Of a stretch of DNA of 57,911 bases, positions 1-10,036 are shown piece after piece. The notes under the pieces were generated by a model. That model made no database searches. It was not told where the DNA came from and was given only the letters and a program-made list of their open reading frames with translations. The stretch is from Vicinamibacteria bacterium. GTDB lineage: Bacteria; Acidobacteriota; Vicinamibacteria; Vicinamibacterales; CAVVIG01. The stretch spans positions 1 through 57,911 of the forward strand of contig JBGPKK010000006.1 in the NCBI GenBank assembly GCA_041485905.1. Direction: 5' to 3'. Both the position numbers and the translations under genes were made by a program. Each line of letters begins with the position of its first letter. The first letter of the stretch is position 1.

Positions 1-979
1 CGTCGACGCCGGGGTTGGCTCCGCCGAGGCGATCGCTCATGCCGCGATCGAGGCCGCGCGCATCCAGCGTGTAAATCCGCGCGTTGGCGCGGGCCGCGAG
101 ACTGACGGCGTCCTGCACCTGAGGCCACGCCTCCTCGGCGACGAAGCCTTCGGACATCAGCAGTACGGTCTTCCGACCTTCGATCTTTGCCAGACCATCC
201 ATCAGCGTCTTGAGAATCTGAAGGGTTTGAGCCGACTCCGCGCGGCCGGCGTTGGCTAGGCGCTGGGCTTTCGATTGAACTTCCTCGGTGGCCACGCGAC
301 ATTGGTCCCTGTCGTCTGCGCAGGCACGGCGAACGGCTTCGTCGAGCACTGTCGAGTCGCTGTTGAAGACGATGCGCACCGCTTCGATCTCAGACATACG
401 CGGCCATGCACGTTCCTCGAACAGGCGCGCGTTCGATTTCATGTTCGGCTTCGCATTCCGAAGCGCCTTGAGCAGCTCCTCGCGGTCGCTCGTGAGCCGG
501 TTGTTCACCATCCGTCCGCTCATCACGATCCCACCGACGTCGCCGTCATGGAACTGCCGCGAGAACAGGGTGGTGGCGGCATCCTGGGTTCGTTTGAAGC
601 CGGACGGCGTCATGTGTGCATCGTCGAAGACGACCACGAAGAGTCGACGATCGGTCTGGGATGACGACTCACCACCCATCGACGGTCTGTTTGCCTGACC
701 TGATAAGGTCCGCCCTACGGGTCGATTTGGAGTATCGGTGACGTGCAGATACAACTGCTGGATCTGCTGCGGTCTGCCTTCCTCCTGCACGTCGAAATCT
801 TCGAGAGCGAGATCGCTGACAAACGCCCCGTTCCTGTCCTGAACGACCACGTCCACCTCGACGAGATCGGTCGAGCCGCGGAAGGCAGGCGGAGCCTGCG
901 GCGGCGTTTGCGGCGCGGCGCGGACGGCCGCCGCAAGGGCCATCGCCGCGGCGATCGTGCCGATCGTCTTCCGTGTCAT
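1..979 (-). CDS. VWA domain-containing exported protein (acidobacterial VWFA-related); 3' end runs off the window
   Basis: Not in ORF track because it has no stop in the window. Manual translation from ATG 979: MTRKTIGTIAAAMALAAAVRAAPQTPPQAPPAFRGSTDLVEVDVVVQDRNGAFVSDLALEDFDVQEEGRPQQI...LFVVVFDDAHM...IEGRKTVLLMSEGF, typical of this family. Confidence 0.85.
   Translation of the reverse strand, partial: MTRKTIGTIAAAMALAAAVRAAPQTPPQAPPAFRGSTDLVEVDVVVQDRNGAFVSDLALEDFDVQEEGRPQQIQQLYLHVTDTPNRPVGRTLSGQANRPSMGGESSSQTDRRLFVVVFDDAHMTPSGFKRTQDAATTLFSRQFHDGDVGGIVMSGRMVNNRLTSDREELLKALRNAKPNMKSNARLFEERAWPRMSEIEAVRIVFNSDSTVLDEAVRRACADDRDQCRVATEEVQSKAQRLANAGRAESAQTLQILKTLMDGLAKIEGRKTVLLMSEGFVAEEAWPQVQDAVSLAARANARIYTLDARGLDRGMSDRLGGANPGVD
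693..718 (-). repeat. GTAG-type REP-like palindrome inside the VWA coding sequence
   Basis: Minus strand GTAGGGCGGACCTTATCAGGTCAGGC; same family as the copies at 21969-22046. Confidence 0.6.
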
Positions 980-986
980 TCCCGTA

Positions 987-1823
987 TCATTTCGCCGAGA
1001 TGTCCGCGACCACCAGGTCGAACTTCTTCCGATCCTTCCGCTCGAGCCACGCGAGCTTCATGCCGTCCGGAGACCAGGCGGGGAGCACGGCATTCTTCGG
1101 GCCGGCAAGTTCCTGTTTGCGCCCCTGCTCGTCCATCACCATCAGCGGACCGCCGTCGCGTTTCGTGAAGGCGATCAGCTTGAGCGGAGCAGGAGCCCAT
1201 CCCCAGTTGATGCCAGGGGTGACGCCTTCATTGATCCATTCGCCGAGCGTTGTCCCTTTAAGCTTCAAGGACCAGATGTGGACCACCTGCGACTGGTCCG
1301 AAATGGCGCCGGCCTCTTCGGCGCTCGTTCCCGGGACTCCACCGCGGCCGCTGGCGTCGCCACCGCCGCCCTTCGCGAGCGCGCCGACCGCGGCTGTGGC
1401 CCGCTTGGTTTCCTCTCGCTCCTCGACAGCGATCTTGAAAGTCGCAGACGCGGGCGAGGCCAGCCCTGATTTCCAGAGGTGGTACTGTAACGCCCACAAC
1501 GGCTGATCGCCCACGCTCTTCAGCGACTTCGACGGAACCGATATCACGTAGTGCTTCGTTGATTTGACGGCGCCCTGACGGTCCTTATCAACGGTCTGCA
1601 GGTAGATGTCCTTGCCGTCGGCCGGCCACGCGATCGAGGTGACCTGGCCTTTCAGTCTATCGGTGTCGACCTCGACGATCGTCTGCGGCGTGCCGAGGAC
1701 GGCTTGCCGCGCATCGACTCCCGCCTGCTGATTGCCTTGTTGCAGGAAGCCCTGTCGTACGTAATGTCCGGCTTCCGCCGGACCGGTGACGATGAGCGTT
1801 GCGATGAGACTGACAGCAAGCAT
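987..1823 (-). CDS. Exported protein with TolB/PD40-like beta-propeller repeats
   Basis: Signal peptide MLAVSLIATLIV; SIAWPADGK and PAWSPDGMKLAW motifs; GGAG upstream of ATG 1823. Confidence 0.7.
   Translation of the reverse strand: MLAVSLIATLIVTGPAEAGHYVRQGFLQQGNQQAGVDARQAVLGTPQTIVEVDTDRLKGQVTSIAWPADGKDIYLQTVDKDRQGAVKSTKHYVISVPSKSLKSVGDQPLWALQYHLWKSGLASPASATFKIAVEEREETKRATAAVGALAKGGGGDASGRGGVPGTSAEEAGAISDQSQVVHIWSLKLKGTTLGEWINEGVTPGINWGWAPAPLKLIAFTKRDGGPLMVMDEQGRKQELAGPKNAVLPAWSPDGMKLAWLERKDRKKFDLVVADISAK
1757..1784. repeat. REP-like palindrome read in frame as GPAEAGHYVR
   Basis: GTACGTAATGTCCGGCTTCCGCCGGACC; related to 27299-27330 and 51711-51734. Confidence 0.6.
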
Positions 1824-1836
1824 GATCGTTCTCCAG

Positions 1837-3822
1837 TCAGCGCGCGACGCGGGCCAGCGCACGTTTTGCGTCCTCGAACGACGGCTCCAGCTTCACCGCT
1901 TCACGATATTCCGCGGACGCGCGCTCGAGGTCTCCTTTGGCCTCCGCCACCTGCGCGAGACCAAAATGCATGCGCGAGGGCCGGTAGCCCATTCGCAGCA
2001 GCGCTTCGAACTGCGGTTCCGCTTCGGCGAACCGGGCCGTCCGCATGGCGAGGCTCGCGAGGTGCACGCGCGCCTGCGGGTCGGAGCCGTTGGTGCGGGC
2101 CGCGGCGGTGTACTCCGCGAGCGCCTGTCTCGCGTCACCCTGCTTTTCGTAAATCATGCCACGGACGAGCGCGACATCTGAAGTGCCAGGCTCGATCCGC
2201 GCCGCCTCGCTCGCTTTCTGTAAAGCGTGCGCCGTGTCTCCCTGGGTCAGGTAGGCGCGGGCAGCCGACAGCGCCGGCGCCGCACTCTGCGGGTTGAGCA
2301 CGCCTGCCGCCGCGTATTCACCCAGCGCGCGATCGACGTCGCCCTTCGCCCCGTACGCGTCGCCGAGAAACAGATGCAGCTCGTACGAGCGTTCGTTCAC
2401 CATGAGCAGGCGCTTGAACTGCGTGATCGCGAGATCGGTCTGTTTGCGAGACAGTGCATCCATCGCGCGGCTGAGCTGTGCGCGGAACGTCTCCGCCGCC
2501 GCGATCATATCTTTAGGATCTGCGCCCCGAACGCCCGGCGAGGGAGCCGCGATGCCGACGTAGCCGAGGCTGCGAAGCCGCGCCAGTGTTTCCGGATCCG
2601 GTTGTGGCGCGTTGGCCGTCGCAGCCGATCCAAAGGCGCCGGCGACCTTCGTCAACTCCCCGGACAGACCGTTGGCGAGTGGACCACGCGCGCCGATGGC
2701 GTTTTTCAGTTCGGCCTTGTCGGCCCGCATGTCGTAGAGCTCCGGCCGAGGCGCATCGATGTACTTCCAGGCGCCGACGCGTATCGATCGCAGCTCGCTC
2801 CAGCCGTAGTGCCATTTCGGATAGAACGTCTCCGCGTAAGACGAAGGCGGATCGCTGCGCGGTTTGCCGCCGATCGGCGGGAGCACGTTTTCTCCGTCGA
2901 TGCGTGCAGGAGCCCTGACCCCGGCGGCAGCCGCCAAGGTCGGCAGCACGTCAATCGCGCGAACCTGTTCGGGGACCGTCGTCCCCGCGCGCTCGTGCCC
3001 GGGCAGCCGCATGATCCACGGGACGCGCAGCACCGGCTCGTAGAGCAAGAGGCCGTGCTCCTGCTCGCCGTGTTCTCCAAGACTCTCGCCGTGATCCGCG
3101 ATGACGGAGACGATCGTCCGGTCGAGGCGCCCCGACTGCGCGAGCCCGTCCACCAGCTTGCCGATACACGAATCGACGTAGGCGATCTCGCCGTCGTACG
3201 GTGCGGCCTTGAACCGCGCGCCGAACGGCGGCGGCGCACTGTATGGCGCATGGGCGTCGTAGAAATGGACCCACGCAAAAAACGGCTGTGCATCGCCGCG
3301 GCCCAGCCACTTGAGTGCCGCGTTCGTCACGACGTCGCACCGGCGCTGGACCTGCAGCTTCATGCCGTCGCTGAATCCCGAAAAATCGGCGTCGAAAGTA
3401 TCGAAGCCCTGCGCGAAGCCATACGGAGCAGCCAGGATGAATGCGCCGACGAATCCGCCCGTCCGGTAGCCCTGCGCCTTGAACATCTCCGCCATCAGCG
3501 TCGCATCGGCGGGGATGGGCGTAGTGGCGTTATCGCGGACGCCGAACCGTGCGGGGTACATGCCGGTGAGAATCGCGGCGTGCGCCGGCCCGGTCAGCGG
3601 CGCCTGCGTCGTGGCGTCCGCGAACCGCACGCCCTCGCGCGCCAGGCGGTCCAGCACCGGGGTTGATCCTCGCGCGTACCCGTACGCTCCGACATGATCG
3701 GCGCGAACGGTGTCGATCGTGACGAGCAGAACATTGGGACGCGGCCGAGGTTGGGACAACAGAATCGCTGTGCCCGTGACGATCGCCGCGACGAAGGTAC
3801 TGGCGAGCTCTGTCCCCTTCAC
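1837..3822 (-). CDS. Sulfatase-like hydrolase/transferase with C-terminal TPR repeats
   Basis: NVLLVTIDTVRADH, PLTGPAH, WVHFYDAHAPY, ADHGE, LRSLGYV, then TPR-like helices. Confidence 0.9.
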   Translation of the reverse strand: MKGTELASTFVAAIVTGTAILLSQPRPRPNVLLVTIDTVRADHVGAYGYARGSTPVLDRLAREGVRFADATTQAPLTGPAHAAILTGMYPARFGVRDNATTPIPADATLMAEMFKAQGYRTGGFVGAFILAAPYGFAQGFDTFDADFSGFSDGMKLQVQRRCDVVTNAALKWLGRGDAQPFFAWVHFYDAHAPYSAPPPFGARFKAAPYDGEIAYVDSCIGKLVDGLAQSGRLDRTIVSVIADHGESLGEHGEQEHGLLLYEPVLRVPWIMRLPGHERAGTTVPEQVRAIDVLPTLAAAAGVRAPARIDGENVLPPIGGKPRSDPPSSYAETFYPKWHYGWSELRSIRVGAWKYIDAPRPELYDMRADKAELKNAIGARGPLANGLSGELTKVAGAFGSAATANAPQPDPETLARLRSLGYVGIAAPSPGVRGADPKDMIAAAETFRAQLSRAMDALSRKQTDLAITQFKRLLMVNERSYELHLFLGDAYGAKGDVDRALGEYAAAGVLNPQSAAPALSAARAYLTQGDTAHALQKASEAARIEPGTSDVALVRGMIYEKQGDARQALAEYTAAARTNGSDPQARVHLASLAMRTARFAEAEPQFEALLRMGYRPSRMHFGLAQVAEAKGDLERASAEYREAVKLEPSFEDAKRALARVAR

Positions 3823-6284
3823 CGCGGTGGCTCGATCCGGGAGAGTCGATCGAGCAGTTCGGGAGAACCAGGCAGCACCGCGAGCCCGGCGCGCAACGCT
3901 TGAATCGCCAGCGCGGGCTGCGACAGGCGGACGTAGATGTCGGCGAGTGCGAGGTGCACGGGCACAATCGTCGGATCGACGAACGCCGCGCGCCGCCAGG
4001 CGGTAATTGCCTGACGGTCGTCGCCGGCCCCGTGATACGCCCAGCCGAGAAAGAACGCCGTGGATGCGTTTTGCGGCTCAGTCGAAAGCGATGTCTGGAA
4101 CGCCGAGACGGCCGATGGGTAATCTGCGGCGGCGAGCCTCTCGAGTCCTTTCTTCGCCGCGGCCGCGCCGGCCGAGGACGCACTTTGCAATCCAGTCGCG
4201 TATTGGCGCGCGAGCGCACCGTTGACGACAAGCCGTGGATCGAACGATCGGCTGCCGATCGATTCGTCCGCGACGGGCGGCCTGCGGCCCGCACGCACTT
4301 CGACTTCGCGTACGACTTGCGCTGCGGTCTCACCTCCACTGGTGACTGTGGCGCGCACCAGGTACGTGCCCGCCGGCACACTTTGCAACGCCAGCTCGAT
4401 GCGCGCTTCCCGGATGACGCCGCCAGTTGTCGGCTGCACGTCCTGCAGATCCGCCGTTCCTGACGTGACGGCCGTCTGCTGACCGATCGGCGCGAGATCG
4501 ACCGTGATCCTGACGTCGCGAACCTGATCGGGCGTGCGGCCGTACACCGCAAGCACGCCGCTCAAGCCGTCGCCCGTGTAGGCGGTTGGCCGCACCGGCA
4601 GCTCGCCGCGTGTGGAGCTGAGGATGAGATCACCCGTGGCGAGCGCCGGGCCGTCGAGCGCGCGAGACGTGAATCGTCTATCGGCGCTGCCGACGAGACC
4701 TCCGGGTTCGCGCACGATAGCGCGCATGAGGTACTCGCCGGACGGCAATTCGAACTGCACGCGATACATGCCGGTCCCGGTCGTAGCCGCCTGGTCGCGG
4801 TGCTCGGGCAGCGCGATCGTATCGGTGCCGCTGGCCGCAATGCGGCCATCAGCCGCCGACCGGACGACGAACACGACGTCGGCGGAGCGAGACTGCCTGT
4901 CCGACGCGAGCGGCAGGTCTGCCGCCAGGCTGAGGATCACGCGCTGCATGCCCTGCGCAGCGCCGCGGAGCAGGTAGGTCGTGTATTGAACCGGGAGCCC
5001 CTGTTGCGGGAACGGCGCGGCGAGCGCGCGATCGATGGCCTGGCGTCGATCCAGGCGCGACGCGGGATCGACAAGCGCGTAACCGGTTCTGGTGCCGGCG
5101 GTCGCGCCGCTGCGCGCAACGTGGACTTTCACGCGCCGGTACTGTCCTGGATCTTTCACCGCGTTGTCGCTCGGCGTGAAGCCGACGAGGTAATAGTCCT
5201 GCGACTGCGCCGCGACGGAGGCGAACACCTGATCGGCGCGGAGACCGGCGTCGTTGGCAAAGAGGCCGTCGGTTTCCGCCGCGAGACCGGCCAGCGGGCC
5301 GACCCTGTCGAGAATCCCGGTTGCTTGATCGCCTCCCGTCGGCTCGTTGACGGTGAAATCTGACTCGCGCCGGTTGACGTCGACGGCGTAGATGACGCTG
5401 TAGGACTGCGCGGCGGCGGCGGCCACATCTTCCAGCTCACGCCTGACGTTGTCGTCGTAAAAGCCCTCGGAAATGAAGATGACCGACTTGCGTCCCTCGA
5501 TCTCCCGCATCTGCCGCATCATGTCGCGCAGCAGGCCAAGCACGCGGCGGGTTTCGGCATCGGCGGTCTTGACGATCGCCAGCGCATCTTCTTTGACGAT
5601 CGCTTTCAGCGTCAGCTCATTGCCTGCCTGCTTCTTGGCGTCGCTGCCGAGCTCTGTTTCGACGCGAAGCTCGACACGCCTCAGCATTTCGTCGCTACCG
5701 CGCGTGATCTGAAAGGCTTCATCGACCTGCATCCCGCCGAGCGGGCCGCGTGTGGTCGGCTGCGCCAGGCCGCGGACCTTGGTCAACTCGGCTGCCACCT
5801 GCTGCGCGTTTGCCGTGAAGCCGATCTGCGGTCCCGGTCCAGGGAGGGCGTTGACGGCGACGCGATCGCCGGGATGAAACCTTGTCTGCAGGAACCGCTG
5901 GGCGGCCGCGCGGGCTCGCTGCTCGTTGCCAGGCGCGATGTGCTGTTGATCGAAAACGAAGACGTACAGGTGCCCGCGTGGGGCGCCTTGATTCGTGGAG
6001 ACCTCACCGCCAACCGTATGGCTCGCGGCCTCCGCGTACGATTCGGTCGGTCCCTCGATGTGCTGGAAGAAGACCACCGGGCGCGAGGCGCCGTTTTCTT
6101 CCACGTCGATCTCGCTTTGTTTGAGATCGCGAACCGGGCGGCCGTCGCTGTCCGTGACGCGCACGTCCAGCCGCACGAGCTCGACGCCCGCTTTGAACGA
6201 CGGTGGGACTTGATCGGGAGGGGCCTGGGCCGCGACCGCAGATATCAGACCCGCCGCCGCCGCACACGCGAGCAGGGCTCTCAT
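3819..6284 (-). CDS. VWA domain protein with C-terminal TPR repeats
   Basis: Signal peptide MRALLACAAAAG; FKAGVELVRLDVRVTD; EGRKSVIFISEGF; YYLVGF; TPR C-terminus. Start trimmed to ATG 6284. Confidence 0.85.
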   Translation of the reverse strand: MRALLACAAAAGLISAVAAQAPPDQVPPSFKAGVELVRLDVRVTDSDGRPVRDLKQSEIDVEENGASRPVVFFQHIEGPTESYAEAASHTVGGEVSTNQGAPRGHLYVFVFDQQHIAPGNEQRARAAAQRFLQTRFHPGDRVAVNALPGPGPQIGFTANAQQVAAELTKVRGLAQPTTRGPLGGMQVDEAFQITRGSDEMLRRVELRVETELGSDAKKQAGNELTLKAIVKEDALAIVKTADAETRRVLGLLRDMMRQMREIEGRKSVIFISEGFYDDNVRRELEDVAAAAAQSYSVIYAVDVNRRESDFTVNEPTGGDQATGILDRVGPLAGLAAETDGLFANDAGLRADQVFASVAAQSQDYYLVGFTPSDNAVKDPGQYRRVKVHVARSGATAGTRTGYALVDPASRLDRRQAIDRALAAPFPQQGLPVQYTTYLLRGAAQGMQRVILSLAADLPLASDRQSRSADVVFVVRSAADGRIAASGTDTIALPEHRDQAATTGTGMYRVQFELPSGEYLMRAIVREPGGLVGSADRRFTSRALDGPALATGDLILSSTRGELPVRPTAYTGDGLSGVLAVYGRTPDQVRDVRITVDLAPIGQQTAVTSGTADLQDVQPTTGGVIREARIELALQSVPAGTYLVRATVTSGGETAAQVVREVEVRAGRRPPVADESIGSRSFDPRLVVNGALARQYATGLQSASSAGAAAAKKGLERLAAADYPSAVSAFQTSLSTEPQNASTAFFLGWAYHGAGDDRQAITAWRRAAFVDPTIVPVHLALADIYVRLSQPALAIQALRAGLAVLPGSPELLDRLSRIEPPR

Positions 6285-6288
6285 GGGG

Positions 6289-8511
6289 TCAGTGTCGTGC
6301 GGCGCGTTGACGACCCGAGGGCGGCTCGGCAAACGTCCGCCGCGACTGCGCGCGCACCGCGTCAGCCTGTTGCCGGTTCCCGAACATCGTCCAGAGATGG
6401 GCGGCGAGGGCGTAGGTGTCGGCCGTCGGCGTGACGCGAATCATCTCGTCGATCATTTTTGTCGCCGCCTCCGAACGTCCGCTCGCCTGATACAGCATCG
6501 CCAGGCCCGCGCGCGCCCGCGAGTTCTGCGGAAAGTACTTCAGCTCTTCGATGAATTGCAGTTCCGCCTCCGGGTACCGCTCCAGACGGCCGAGCGTGTC
6601 GGCGGTGTAAAAGTGCAGCTCGTTGATCTGCAGGGTGCCCTTGCGATTCAGCTCGGCGATCGCGTCCTGGAACAGCGGCAGCGCCTCGGCGTACTTCCCT
6701 TGATCGTAGAGCAGCCGTGCGTCGATGTAGATCGGCAGCGGCAGCGTCGGGTCGGCCTCGCGGGCCAGCTTCGCCTGTTCGCGCGCCTCGTCGACATCGT
6801 GCCTGGCGAGCGCAATCTTCGCGAGCAGTTCGTGGGCCGACGCGCGGCCGCGGGCGTCGCGCTCGGCCGCCACGCTCGCCGCCAGCTCCGCGTGTGCGCG
6901 CGCGTCATCGAGTTTCTTCAGCTTGAGCAGCGCCGCGGCGGCGCCGAGATACGCGTTGGAAAACGTCGGTTTCAGCTCGATGATGTGCTTGTAGGCGTCG
7001 ACGGCCTGGTCGAACCGTTCCGCGCGGATCGAGAACGTCGCAAGCTGATCCCAGACGTCGATCATCCCGGGATCCTCGCGAAGAATGCGCCGCAGCAATG
7101 CCGTCGCCTGGCCCCAGTTGCGCTCGCCCGCGAATTCAACGGCCTGGCGATACGTATCGAGAATCTCGCGCTTGTCCTTCGGGTCGGGGAGTGTGTCGCC
7201 CGACGCCTTCGTCACGTCTGTTTGAGCGCCGACGTAGCCGAGCGCCTGCAGCCGTTCGCGATCCTCGGCCGACACTTCGGCCGGTGCTTCGATAGGGACG
7301 CCTGCAATCAACCGTCCGAGGGCGCCTCTGAGCGCGTCGGTTGTCTGCGCGCGCCCGCGGTCCTCGACGATGTTCTGCCGCTCGTGCGGATCGCGATCGA
7401 GATCGTAGAGCTCTTCTGTGGGCGCCTTGATGTAGCGATACCGATCTTCAGTGAGCGCGGTCAGCTCGCTCCAGCCGAAGTGGTAGCGCGCGTATAACGC
7501 TTCCGAGTAGACCGCCTGCTCAGACAGACGACCGGTGCCGTCGAGCACCGGCTTCAGGGATCGCCCCCGCAGGCTGCCGGGAATCGGCGCCTTGGCCAGT
7601 GCCAGAATCGTGGGCGCCACGTCGATGTGCTGCACCACGTCGCGGATGCGCCGGCCGCTACCGGCGCCGCCGGCCTGCTTCACGATGAGCGGGACGTGAA
7701 TGGCTTCGTCGTACACGAACAGTCCGTGCTCCTGTTCGCCGTGATCGCCAAGTCCTTCACCGTGATCGGACAACAGGACGATGGTCGACCGATCGTAGAG
7801 CTGGTGCGATTTGAGGTAGCGAATCAAACGGCCGACGATCTCGTCCGCGTACGCGATCTCGCCGTCGTAGGGTTCGTACTCGGCGTACTGAGACGGAGGC
7901 GAATACGGCTTGTGCGGCTCGTACAGGTGGAGGAACAAGAACACCCGCTGCGATCCCTGTTGATCGAGCCATCGCTCGGCGATGGCTTCCGACAGGGAGC
8001 CGTCGCGCTGCACCTGCCCGATCGTCAGCTCCGGAGAGCTCGGCGGCATGTCGCCGTCGAAAAAATCGAATCCCTGATTGATGCCCGTCTCCTTGCGGAG
8101 CACGTAGGCCGACACGATGCCGCCCGTCGTGTAGCCGCGCTCGCGAAGCATTTGCGGCAGCAGCCGCTCGCCGCTCTTCACGACGAAGCCGATGTTGTCG
8201 CGGACGCCGGTCTCGAATGGCAGGCGGCCCGACAGGAGGGAGACGTGGGCCGGCAGCGTCTGCGGGGCGTGCGAATAGGCGCGCTCGAAGACCGCCCCGT
8301 CGGCGGCCAGGCCGTCAATCGCGGGCGTCCTCACGTTCTTGTAGCCGTACGCCGGCAGGTGATCGGCTCTGAGCGTGTCGATGGAGATGAGGATGATGGG
8401 GCCGTTGACCGGCGCGGAGGCGCGCGCGTAGCGCCATCCGCCGACCGCCGCGAGGGAGGTGCCGAGCGCCGCCAGGACCAGAATGAAGGTGTACCGAAAA
8501 GGACGAGCCAC
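6289..8511 (-). CDS. Sulfatase-like hydrolase/transferase with TPR repeats (paralogue of 1837-3822)
   Basis: ILISIDTLRADH, PQTLPAH, HLYEPHKPY, SDHGEGLG, LQALGYV, TPR tail. Confidence 0.9.
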   Translation of the reverse strand: MARPFRYTFILVLAALGTSLAAVGGWRYARASAPVNGPIILISIDTLRADHLPAYGYKNVRTPAIDGLAADGAVFERAYSHAPQTLPAHVSLLSGRLPFETGVRDNIGFVVKSGERLLPQMLRERGYTTGGIVSAYVLRKETGINQGFDFFDGDMPPSSPELTIGQVQRDGSLSEAIAERWLDQQGSQRVFLFLHLYEPHKPYSPPSQYAEYEPYDGEIAYADEIVGRLIRYLKSHQLYDRSTIVLLSDHGEGLGDHGEQEHGLFVYDEAIHVPLIVKQAGGAGSGRRIRDVVQHIDVAPTILALAKAPIPGSLRGRSLKPVLDGTGRLSEQAVYSEALYARYHFGWSELTALTEDRYRYIKAPTEELYDLDRDPHERQNIVEDRGRAQTTDALRGALGRLIAGVPIEAPAEVSAEDRERLQALGYVGAQTDVTKASGDTLPDPKDKREILDTYRQAVEFAGERNWGQATALLRRILREDPGMIDVWDQLATFSIRAERFDQAVDAYKHIIELKPTFSNAYLGAAAALLKLKKLDDARAHAELAASVAAERDARGRASAHELLAKIALARHDVDEAREQAKLAREADPTLPLPIYIDARLLYDQGKYAEALPLFQDAIAELNRKGTLQINELHFYTADTLGRLERYPEAELQFIEELKYFPQNSRARAGLAMLYQASGRSEAATKMIDEMIRVTPTADTYALAAHLWTMFGNRQQADAVRAQSRRTFAEPPSGRQRAARH

Positions 8512-8538
8512 GGTTACCTGCTTCGTGCTCAGGGTTGC

Positions 8539-9483
8539 TTACTTGAGCTGTTCGAGAGCAGTCCTCGCCTGCGCCGCCTCGGGCGACGTGGGATCGATCG
8601 CGATCACCTGCGTCATCGTCTTCCTCGCGCCCTCTTTGTCGCCCTTGCTCATCGCGATCGTGCCCAGCTTGAACAGCGGCTTGCCCCACGAGGTGTCGGC
8701 GGCGACCGCCTTCTGGTACAACCGCACGGCTTCATCCGTCTGGTTCTTGGCGACCTTGATCTCGGCGAGGTTGTAGAACACGTCCCGGTTCGCCAGAGGC
8801 GCGTCGGCGGCCCGCGTCAGCGCCTGTTCTGCGGCCTGCACGTCGCCCTTGTCCAGATTCGTCAGCGCGATGCCGACCACCGCCTTCTGATTGTCCGGCT
8901 CGATTTTCAGCAGATCGGTGTACGCCGCAAGGGCCTTGTCGTATTGCTTCAGGTTCCGATACGCCGCGGCGATCTGCAGGTTGACGACCGTCAGCGACGG
9001 CGCGACCGTCAGGATGGTTCGGTAGATTCCCACTGCGTCCTCGAACTTCTTCTGGTTGTACAGCGCGTCGGCGGCCGCGAGCTGCTGCTGAAGATCCTTC
9101 GCCGTCACGCCTTCGATGCCCGCCGGCGGCCGGACGACGGCCTTTTGCAGCGTGAAGATCAGCGGAGGATTGGGCGTCCCGGTCCGTACGATGTTCAGCT
9201 CCGTGAACTGCGATTGAAATCCAGGTGCGTCGGCGGTGAACATCCATTCGCCCCGCGCCAACCCGATGAGCGCGAAGCGCCCTTTGTCGTCGGTGGTGGC
9301 TGTGAGGGAACCCAGCGGCGCGTCAGGATTCTCAGCCCGAACCGTGGCGCCTTTGATCGGCTGACCCCCAGTGTCTTTCACGATGCCGCCGGCGCGGGCG
9401 ACCTGTGCGCCGGCTGCGCCTGCCCATCCGAGGAAGAGCGCGGCGGCGACGACGACCCGGAAGAAACCAAGACGGTGACGCAT
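8539..9483 (-). CDS. Exported carboxypeptidase-regulatory-like domain + TPR protein
   Basis: Signal peptide; GIVKDTGGQPIKGATV...TDDKGRF; TPR repeats; start at ATG 9483. Confidence 0.8.
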   Translation of the reverse strand: MRHRLGFFRVVVAAALFLGWAGAAGAQVARAGGIVKDTGGQPIKGATVRAENPDAPLGSLTATTDDKGRFALIGLARGEWMFTADAPGFQSQFTELNIVRTGTPNPPLIFTLQKAVVRPPAGIEGVTAKDLQQQLAAADALYNQKKFEDAVGIYRTILTVAPSLTVVNLQIAAAYRNLKQYDKALAAYTDLLKIEPDNQKAVVGIALTNLDKGDVQAAEQALTRAADAPLANRDVFYNLAEIKVAKNQTDEAVRLYQKAVAADTSWGKPLFKLGTIAMSKGDKEGARKTMTQVIAIDPTSPEAAQARTALEQLK

Positions 9484-9604
9484 CTTCACACCCCTGGGAA
9501 AACTGCCCATCACAAGCTCAGTATATCTTGGATGTTCGCGCCCGCACCGCGCCGAAAGTGCAACTTCTTTTTCGTGTTTTCGTGGCTGCGCTTCGTCGGT
9601 CGAG

Positions 9605-10030
9605 CTACAGCAGCCAGGTGGGCTGGTACAGCAGGACGTAGACGAGCACGCCGGTGACCGATACGTAGAGCCAGATCGGAAGCGTCCAGCGCGCGATGCG
9701 GCGATGTTGCGGATAGCGGCCCTTCAGGCCGCGGGAGAGGGTGATGATGGCGAGCGGCAACACGGACGCGGCCAGCGTCACGTGCGTGATCAGAATCGTG
9801 AAATAGAGCGGCCGAACGAAGCCCTGCCGGGTAAACCGGACCGAACCGACCTGCGCGTGATACACGAGATAGCAAATCAGAAACAGCGACGAGGTGACGA
9901 ACGCGGCGATCATGAACCGCCGGTGCTGATTGATCCGGTGCGCCCGCATCATGAGGTAGCCGACGGTCAGCAAAATGCCGGACAGGCCGTTGAGCGTCGC
10001 GTTGACCGCGGGCAGGTCGTGGATGCTCAC
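9605..10030 (-). CDS. DUF420 (CtaM/YozB-like) oxidase assembly membrane protein
   Basis: LPAVNATLNG, HRRFM, FLICYLVYH, HRRIARWTLPIWLYVSVTG; adjacent to ctaB. Confidence 0.85.
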   Translation of the reverse strand: MSIHDLPAVNATLNGLSGILLTVGYLMMRAHRINQHRRFMIAAFVTSSLFLICYLVYHAQVGSVRFTRQGFVRPLYFTILITHVTLAASVLPLAIITLSRGLKGRYPQHRRIARWTLPIWLYVSVTGVLVYVLLYQPTWLL

Positions 10031-10036
10031 GTCCCG

